A DNA stretch of 64,000 nt from Escherichia coli (GTDB lineage: Bacteria; Pseudomonadota; Gammaproteobacteria; Enterobacterales; Enterobacteriaceae), in assembly GCF_041886205.1 (NCBI RefSeq), contig NZ_CP169029.1; one strand, written 5' to 3'. The number at the start of each line of letters is the position of its first letter. The first letter of the stretch is position 1. The notes beneath the pieces are model-generated. The model saw nothing but the letters and a program-made list of their open reading frames with translations. It searched no databases and was not told the DNA's origin. Positions 51,383 to 57,853 of this stretch are shown here, in pieces. Both the position numbers and the translations under genes were made by a program.

Positions 51383-52736
51383 TATGGTCACCCCCGTTTT
51401 TGCAACACTGATTTTTGATTAATGGTTGGCTTGCTTAAATCTATCCGGCGTCTCTGTGGGCAAGGATGCCCGCGCCCCGATGAGTTCCGCACCTGATAAT
51501 CCTAAAAATCCCCTCGGCTTCAGTGAGCCATTTCATCTGTTAGGTTTTTAATCAGGTCGATTTGCCGTTCATGTCATCAATAATCAGTCTTCGCAAAACC
51601 AGAAAGGTAACTTGTATCTTATTGTTTAAAATAAACTAATTGAGTTATATCAGCATCTATATCAGGCCTGATATTCTTTTTTCTGAGTAGTGATTGCCCA
51701 GGCAATTCGAGCCAGTTTATTTGCCAGAGCGCAGGTAACCACATTCGAATGCTTCTTGTTGAGTTGCTCCCGAACCCACTCAGCAAGTTTTCCATGCTTG
51801 CGTTCAAGTCGCATTATGAATGAGCGGGCACACTGAACCAGTAACCGGCGTAAATTTTTATCACCTCGCTTACTGATACCCAACAGAGTCGATTTTCCTC
51901 CAGTGCTATACTGCCGGGGAACAAGTCCTGTGGAAGCTGCAAAATCCCTGCTGCATGAGAACTGTTTCCCGTCACCAAGTTGCGACGATAGTAAGCTGGC
52001 AGTAATCGGACCAACACCAGGAATTGTCATAATGCGCTGAGCGGTATCATCAGCGTTGATTGACTGACTTAATTCTGATTCCAGCTCTGCTATTTGCTCA
52101 ACAAGGTAAAAGTAGTGGGTATGCAACCTCACCAAAAGGCGGCTCAGATATTCGGGGATTTCGTGTTCAGCCAACACGAGAGACAACCGTTTTATTACAG
52201 CATCACCTATCGGCAGGCTGATTCCAAATTCCAGCAAGAAACCGTGGATCTGGTTGGTTGTTTTCACTTTATCTCTGATGAGCGATTCTCTGACCCGGTG
52301 TAACGCCCTCATGGCCTGCTGGGTCTCAGTTCTTGGCTGGACAAAACGCATTGATGGTCGTGAAGCCGCTTCGCATATGGCTTCTGCATCAACAAAATCA
52401 TTCTTATTACTTTTGACAAACGGGCGAACGAACTGTGGAGAAATCAGCTTAGTTTCATGCCCAAAATCAGAGATACAGCGAGCCATAAAGTGTGCACCCG
52501 CACAGGCTTCCATTACAACAACTGAGGGCGGACATGTCGCCAGAAACTGCATCAGTTTAGTACGGGTAAATTTTTTACGCAGAAGAGCCTTACCAGACTT
52601 GTCTTGACAATGAATGTGGAAGGAGTGCTTTCCGAGATCGATACCAATAAGTGTGATGTTCTGCATGATGGTCTCTCCGTTAAAGGGATTTACCTTAACA
52701 GCGTACTGCTGTTAAGGTGGGGGTGACCATATCATT
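51383..52736 (-). mobile_element. IS110-family insertion sequence (~1.35 kb, IS1111-like layout with a long 3' non-coding end)
   Basis: Perfect 13-bp inverted repeats TATGGTCACCCCC (51383-51395) and GGGGGTGACCATA (52719-52731). ATC sits on both flanks (51380-82 and 52737-39). Single DEDD-type transposase ORF. Confidence 0.85.
51662..52666 (-). CDS. IS110-family DEDD transposase/recombinase (334 aa)
   Basis: N-terminal LIGIDLGKHSFH (RuvC-like DEDD). C-terminal IPGVGPITASLL...GLVPRQYSTGGKSTLLGISKRGDKNLRRLL, typical of IS110/IS1111 transposases. Confidence 0.9.
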   Translation of the reverse strand: MQNITLIGIDLGKHSFHIHCQDKSGKALLRKKFTRTKLMQFLATCPPSVVVMEACAGAHFMARCISDFGHETKLISPQFVRPFVKSNKNDFVDAEAICEAASRPSMRFVQPRTETQQAMRALHRVRESLIRDKVKTTNQIHGFLLEFGISLPIGDAVIKRLSLVLAEHEIPEYLSRLLVRLHTHYFYLVEQIAELESELSQSINADDTAQRIMTIPGVGPITASLLSSQLGDGKQFSCSRDFAASTGLVPRQYSTGGKSTLLGISKRGDKNLRRLLVQCARSFIMRLERKHGKLAEWVREQLNKKHSNVVTCALANKLARIAWAITTQKKEYQA

Positions 52737-53121
52737 ATCCCCACTGGTCCCATCTCACCAGATTGTTGACGATAATTTTACTGCCAAATTTACAGGGTGA
52801 GTTGGTTTTGTAATCCCAGCTCAGCCCTTTGAAGACGTTGATCACTCCCCGTTCAAACACTTCATCTTTGTTCTGGTGCAGTTGTTCAAATGTGCTCAGA
52901 ATGTTCGCTTCGCTGATTTCCGGAAAATTATCATATTCCAGTGACCTGGACCTGACTGAGGTGGAGCAGATAACGTCCGTATTCTCGTTGACCACTTCCG
53001 GACGGGAGACTGTGATTTCAGACATAATCGATATTCCTTTTTGCAGATAAATGAAAACGCCAGCCGTGTTCAGGCTGGCGTCAGTGGAATGAAGTCTGGT
53101 GAGTGAGATGATGAGTGAGAC

Positions 53122-53319
53122 TCACCGGTTCTGGTGCTGAAGCTGCAGTTGGCGCAGGGTACGGATATCCTCTCTGGCCTGTTCGATACAGGGCAACAGT
53201 GCTGCTGAATCCGTTTTATCCTCATTGTTGTCAAAGATAATTCCCGATTCGCAGTCGATATTGTCCTGCAGCCACGCAATCAGAATATCCAGCGCTGTTT
53301 CCGTGGTTAATGATTTCAT
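53122..53319 (-). CDS. DUF957-like small island protein (65 aa)
   Basis: Sits in ORF 53122..53364. Start MKSLTTETALDILIAWLQDNIDCESGIIFDNNEDK at 53319. Common at the end of CP4-type islands. Confidence 0.65.
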   Translation of the reverse strand: MKSLTTETALDILIAWLQDNIDCESGIIFDNNEDKTDSAALLPCIEQAREDIRTLRQLQLQHQNR

Positions 53320-53330
53320 GTTGTTTCTGG

Positions 53331-53819
53331 TTACCAGTCGAAAGTGGGTAAACCCGGCAGGCATTCAGCGCTGGCATCCAGATGAATGAGACTGACGCCA
53401 TAACGTCGGGTAAGTGTGACAACCAGACGGCGGAACGTTTTTGACAGCCCCAGGCGTTTAAGCCGCAGAACCGGGTATGACCACGCATCGGTACGTAACA
53501 GATATCCGCTACCTGTGAAATGAATCCATTCTGATTCGCCGGTGTCATTCGTCTGATGTGACAGCGAGTACAGCCAGGCGTTGTCCTTTGCAGTGATATG
53601 CGCGGTACTGCAGCGTATGCCGGTCAGGGCAGCAAATGGTGGCGTGCAGTCTGTTGAGACCCGGTCAGATTCATCAACAACACGAAGGGAGTGGCCATTG
53701 TCGCAGACCACGTTAATCAGTTCAGCGAGATTAACACCATCGACGTCAACGACAATTCGTCCCATGTTCAGCGCCTGCACGTTAACGCTGTCTGCTTCCA
53801 GCGTCAGAGTCAGTTTCAT
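53331..53819 (-). CDS. YeeW-like island protein (162 aa)
   Basis: Lies immediately downstream of and overlapping the CbtA-like toxin gene, where yeeW homologs sit in CP4-44-type islands. Confidence 0.65.
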   Translation of the reverse strand: MKLTLTLEADSVNVQALNMGRIVVDVDGVNLAELINVVCDNGHSLRVVDESDRVSTDCTPPFAALTGIRCSTAHITAKDNAWLYSLSHQTNDTGESEWIHFTGSGYLLRTDAWSYPVLRLKRLGLSKTFRRLVVTLTRRYGVSLIHLDASAECLPGLPTFDW

Positions 53820-54193
53820 TGTTTCGCCTCCGGATGCTTCCCCTGGGTAATGTTATTTACCGTTCTGTAATTGTCGCGGGTCATCAGGCCGGTCGCCCTG
53901 CGAGCCCGGAGGATATCGATGCTGTTTATTAACTGAGAACGGGTACAGGCACTGAATTCCGGCTGGTCGGTACGCACCAGTGCGTATTTTTCAACAAGAA
54001 AGTTCACTGCATCGCACAGTGAAATGCCAGCTTCAATATGCTGCTCAATCACACATTCATCGGCAAACGGTGTGTCATTCAGTGTGAGGCCATAATGCTG
54101 GTCCAGCAGTCGGATGAGCAGTGTCTGCCAGATGGTGACGGGAGACGGGCAGCGAGATACCTCCCGTACATGTGTGTCGGATAATGTTTTCAT
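53816..54193 (-). CDS. CbtA/YkfI/YpjF-family type IV toxin (125 aa)
   Basis: Sits in ORF 53816..54337. Start [45 protein letters not shown] at 54193. Confidence 0.85.
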   Translation of the reverse strand: MKTLSDTHVREVSRCPSPVTIWQTLLIRLLDQHYGLTLNDTPFADECVIEQHIEAGISLCDAVNFLVEKYALVRTDQPEFSACTRSQLINSIDILRARRATGLMTRDNYRTVNNITQGKHPEAKQ

Positions 54194-54239
54194 CTTAAGT
54201 TCTCTGTAACTGGTAGTGCTAAAGGTGAGAGCTTCGGGG

Positions 54240-54614
54240 TTATGAGGTGGTTGCGGGTGTCTGTGCCGGATAAACAGCCAGATAAACGTAACCACAGGAG
54301 CCGAGGGTGTCGGCTTCGCAGGTCTGCCCTTTTGCATACAGCGTGACGGTATGCTGATTTCGGGGATTCAGTTCACCGCTGGTGAGCATGAGCTCCAGTT
54401 GTTTCATCAGCAGCGGAAAGGCCTGGTCCAGATGGTATGCATCTGCGTCGCTGAAGCGGCCTCTGATACCGGCGCGGTCGGCAAGGTAATGCAGGCGGTT
54501 ACCCTCCTGCACCAGACGGGCACCAAAACAGGGCCTCACTGTGCAGGGAAGCCCCCACCAGGGGCGGTCGTGATTGTCGTCGGGATGAGTTATCCCGGAG
54601 AGTTTGTCTGACAC
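54240..54614 (-). CDS. CbeA/YeeU-family type IV antitoxin (124 aa)
   Basis: [49 protein letters not shown]... recognised as the YeeU/YfjZ/YafW family. Lies directly upstream of the toxin. Confidence 0.88.
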   Translation of the reverse strand: MSDKLSGITHPDDNHDRPWWGLPCTVRPCFGARLVQEGNRLHYLADRAGIRGRFSDADAYHLDQAFPLLMKQLELMLTSGELNPRNQHTVTLYAKGQTCEADTLGSCGYVYLAVYPAQTPATTS

Positions 54615-54776
54615 GATAAAATCCTCTCTGAAAAGTGGTTAAGAATGGTTTAACGATGACAGGTCAGCCGGCGCGCTGACCGGTTTCGGTGAAGATGTAT
54701 GCATTGACAAGAATGGCCTCATCCACAGCGGCGTCTGAGTCCATCTGGTCGTACTCGTTTTCCGGGTGACGGAACA

Positions 54777-54998
54777 TCAGTTCAGGGTGACGCTCATCAG
54801 CCGGACATACGGGCCAAAACTGTCCTTATGGCGTTCAGCAAACACGGCCAGCACACCGGGAATATCCTGCACTTCACGACCGGTATACGCTTCAGTGCTG
54901 CCGTGCCAGCGGTATTTGCCGGTACAGAAAGGAAAAAGACGGGATGCCGGATGTTGTTGGTGAATACGCATGGCTTCACCACGGGTGATGATTTTCAT
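54777..54998 (-). CDS. YeeT/DUF987-family protein (73 aa)
   Basis: MKIITRGEAMRIHQQHPASRLFPFCTGKYRWHGS... recognised as the YeeT family. Confidence 0.8.
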   Translation of the reverse strand: MKIITRGEAMRIHQQHPASRLFPFCTGKYRWHGSTEAYTGREVQDIPGVLAVFAERHKDSFGPYVRLMSVTLN

Positions 54999-55060
54999 AG
55001 TGGGATACCTCTGAAGACAGAAGATAAAAGTGAAAACAGGTGTGATGTGGTTGTGACGGG

Positions 55061-55537
55061 TTAAAGCAGACCATGTTCGGCAAAGGAGAAAACCTGGTTG
55101 CCACCGACTATCAGATGGTCCGGCACCCGGATATCCACCAGGGCCAGTGCCTGTACCAGACGTTCGGTGATAAGCCGGTCTGCCTTACTGGGTGTGACTT
55201 CACCGGACGGGTGATTGTGTGCCAGCACCACGGCAGCGGCATTGTGATACAGGGCGCGTTTAATCACTTCCCGGGGATGGACTTCCGTGCGGTTGATGGT
55301 GCCGGTGAAGAGGGTTTCACCGGCAATCAGCTGATTCTGGTTGTTCAGATACAGCACCCGGAACTCTTCACGCTCCAGTCCCGCCATGTTCAGAATCAGC
55401 CATTCTCGTGCCGCACGGGTGGAGGTGAAGGCCACGCCGGGTTCATGAAGATGGCGGTCCAGGGTTTTCAGGGCCCGTTGAATGAGACTGCGCTCGCCGG
55501 GCGTCATTTCTCCGGGCAGAAAGGAAAGCTGCTGCAT
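55061..55537 (-). CDS. RadC-like JAB-domain protein (YeeS/YkfG/YfjY family, 158 aa)
   Basis: Sits in ORF 55061..55552. Start MQQLSFLPGEMTPGERSLIQRAL. JAMM motif HNHPSGEVTPSKAD. Confidence 0.85.
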   Translation of the reverse strand: MQQLSFLPGEMTPGERSLIQRALKTLDRHLHEPGVAFTSTRAAREWLILNMAGLEREEFRVLYLNNQNQLIAGETLFTGTINRTEVHPREVIKRALYHNAAAVVLAHNHPSGEVTPSKADRLITERLVQALALVDIRVPDHLIVGGNQVFSFAEHGLL

Positions 55538-55552
55538 TGTCCCTGCCTCCAT

Positions 55553-56038
55553 TCAGTCGATGATGCGCATAATGGCGCTGCATTCCGGATGCTGCAGGGC
55601 GTAATCCCGCAGCCGGTAATAATGGACCGTCATGGCATAACACTCCGTACGACAGGCGTGATGACTGTACGTCATCAGACAGGCAGCAATGCCGGCGGCT
55701 TCCGGGCTCATTTCAGCGCGGTTGCCGTTCATGGCATTGAACAGTACCCATGTTTCGTCATCATCGTCATCCGGTTCGGGGGCCATAAATGCCCCGCCGT
55801 TGTTCAGAGTGTACAGATTCCAGATACCACCGCAGTAGTCTTCGCACAGACGGTCCATCCAGCCGAAAACACGGGGCTCCAGGGTCACCCACTGTGGAAT
55901 GAGGCCAAAATGCTGCGGCCAGAAGCTGATGCGCTGTTCATCAGGGACTATGGTGGCAACCAACTGAGGCTGGTCATTCCCTGATGCAGCGGTTACGGAA
56001 ACAGAAGATGTGGTGGAATTATGTGAAATGGTTTTCAT
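55553..56038 (-). CDS. Antirestriction protein (KlcA/ArdB-like, YfjX/YafX family, 161 aa)
   Basis: Sequence and position (between the DUF932 and radC-like genes) match the antirestriction genes of CP4-type islands. Confidence 0.75.
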   Translation of the reverse strand: MKTISHNSTTSSVSVTAASGNDQPQLVATIVPDEQRISFWPQHFGLIPQWVTLEPRVFGWMDRLCEDYCGGIWNLYTLNNGGAFMAPEPDDDDDETWVLFNAMNGNRAEMSPEAAGIAACLMTYSHHACRTECYAMTVHYYRLRDYALQHPECSAIMRIID

Positions 56039-56092
56039 GAAATGACTCCTTAAAGGACAAATAAATGCGTGGTTTTCAGGGTAATGGCTGAA

Positions 56093-56911
56093 TCAGCGCA
56101 GGCTCTCCAGCAGGGTTTCCGCCATCACCCACAATGCGCGGTTGAGCTTAATGTCAGTGTCAATGCTGTGAATGGCACGGGTATGGATACGTTTTCCTTT
56201 AGCGCTGCGACCTGAAATTCCGCCTTTCAGCATATTCTCCTGAATGGTCTGATAAGCACTCCACAGGTCCTTACCGTAATCCTCCCGGCGTCGTGGCGTC
56301 AGAATGTCGGCGGTGGTGACGGGCTGATGTTCGTCACCATAACGGTAAGTCAGTGCCGCCTGTGCCAGCGCCTGGCGTGCCGGTGGCGGCAGAATCAGCG
56401 ACTGCATGGCATCACGCTTTTCCTCAATCCGGTCAAAAACCCCCACCACCTCGTAAGCCCCTTCAATGACTCTGTCCACCACATTTCCCCGGTGCGGAAC
56501 ACGCACTTCCCCCAGAGACTGACCACAGACGCATCCGTTCTGGCAGACGAACCTGAAGTAACCCGGCAGCATCTGGTAGCTGGAGGTACCGTCATGAGAG
56601 TTGAGCAGAATAATTTCAGGGACATGTTCTCCGTTTATCTCTCCGGCCCGCCGCAGACGCAGCATGTGTTTTGTGTATCCCCGGCGGCCCGGGTCGCGCA
56701 CACGGGTCTGGCAGGCGAAGAATGGCTGAAAGCCTTCCCGCTGCAGGCTTTCCAGTACGGTGATGGTGGGGATGTACGTATAGTTCTGGCTTCGGGACGT
56801 GTGTTTATCTTCCCCGAAAATCCCCGGCACATAGTGCATCAGTTCTTTGTGTGTCAGCGGACGGTCACGGCGTATCTGGTTCGCATAACCAAAACGACTG
56901 GCTAGTCGCAT
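56093..56911 (-). CDS. DUF932-family protein (YfjQ/YafZ-like, 272 aa)
   Basis: MRLASRFGYANQIRRDRPLTHKELMHYVPGIFGEDKHTSRS... recognised as the YfjQ family. Confidence 0.8.
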   Translation of the reverse strand: MRLASRFGYANQIRRDRPLTHKELMHYVPGIFGEDKHTSRSQNYTYIPTITVLESLQREGFQPFFACQTRVRDPGRRGYTKHMLRLRRAGEINGEHVPEIILLNSHDGTSSYQMLPGYFRFVCQNGCVCGQSLGEVRVPHRGNVVDRVIEGAYEVVGVFDRIEEKRDAMQSLILPPPARQALAQAALTYRYGDEHQPVTTADILTPRRREDYGKDLWSAYQTIQENMLKGGISGRSAKGKRIHTRAIHSIDTDIKLNRALWVMAETLLESLR

Positions 56912-57010
56912 AATTTGCTCCTTATCGGTGGTTAAGATTTACTGGTGTAATAAATGAAAAAGCCACGTCTCCCGGAGAAGACGCGGCCTGATGGGTGAAA
57001 TGAATGACGT

Positions 57011-57244
57011 TTATTGTCTGAGAAGACCGTCACTGGCGAGCCGCGTATTAAGCACCTTTCCGGCATCGGGTTCAGAATTCCGGCAGCACCAGCGTCGCTG
57101 ACCTTCCGCGTTGCGGATAACCCGACGGAAATGCATTCCCGGGTCATCCTGGATAAACACATTGCGGTAAGCGGTTATGACAGCAACCGCCTGCCCGTAT
57201 GAGAAAGATCCTTCAGCCAGGACATACTCTGTGTAACCCGGCAT
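57011..57244 (-). CDS. DUF905-family small protein (77 aa)
   Basis: [45 protein letters not shown]... resembles the YkfF/YpjJ family. Confidence 0.7.
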   Translation of the reverse strand: MPGYTEYVLAEGSFSYGQAVAVITAYRNVFIQDDPGMHFRRVIRNAEGQRRWCCRNSEPDAGKVLNTRLASDGLLRQ

Positions 57245-57322
57245 ATCGGTTTTCTCCTGATAAATAAAAAGCCTCTGCCACGCGTTGTGACAGAGGCTGA
57301 AGCATGAAACTGACTTCAGGGA

Positions 57323-57778
57323 TCAGTTAACGTTTTTTCCGGAAACGGTAATCAGCAGTGGATGGTAGTCCTGGGGATTGAAAACCGATAACGGCAGACT
57401 GACACGATGGCCGTTACTTTCTTCAGTTGCTTTAATGATTTCGGTTGTGGCGACATTTTCCACGCACTCCGTTTCCAGAAATGCGTCTGTGGTTCGCGTG
57501 GCATTACTGTCACCAAAAGCTTCCGTTTCCATTTTTCTGGTCACCAGCGTCTGACCATATTTGTCTTTGAGTTGCAGAGTGATGGTGAGGGGGCCAAATC
57601 CTTCATCGTTTCCGCCATTATCCAGCCGGAACTGGTAAGCACAAATATTTCCCGGGAGCCATATCCTATCTGTATTGCGTATACTGATGTAACGTTGATC
57701 CTGTGCCCGGAGTGGGGCAGACCACGTTAACCCCAGAATGAAGGCGGTAATCATGCAGGTTTTGAACAGGTGAATCAT
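57323..57778 (-). CDS. Small exported protein (151 aa) with signal peptide
   Basis: Signal peptide MIHLFKTCMITAFILGLTWSAPLRA/QD with a beta-rich mature part. I cannot assign the family confidently. Confidence 0.6.
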   Translation of the reverse strand: MIHLFKTCMITAFILGLTWSAPLRAQDQRYISIRNTDRIWLPGNICAYQFRLDNGGNDEGFGPLTITLQLKDKYGQTLVTRKMETEAFGDSNATRTTDAFLETECVENVATTEIIKATEESNGHRVSLPLSVFNPQDYHPLLITVSGKNVN

Positions 57779-57853
57779 GGTATTTACCTCTCTGAGTCAT
57801 GACGATGACACTGACAAATCAGGTGATAAAGCGTAAAAGGCGCAGAATAGCCG

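Larger units (their letters stand above)
51096..53025 (-). pseudogene. DUF4942-family (methyltransferase-like) gene of CP4-type islands, split by an IS110-family insertion
   Basis: The N-terminal part (53025..52738) ends ...NNLVRWDQWG. The C-terminal part resumes in frame at 51380 as FHLISGMQADRLADLERML... and runs to 51096. Removing 51383-52739 restores one continuous ORF. Confidence 0.8.
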
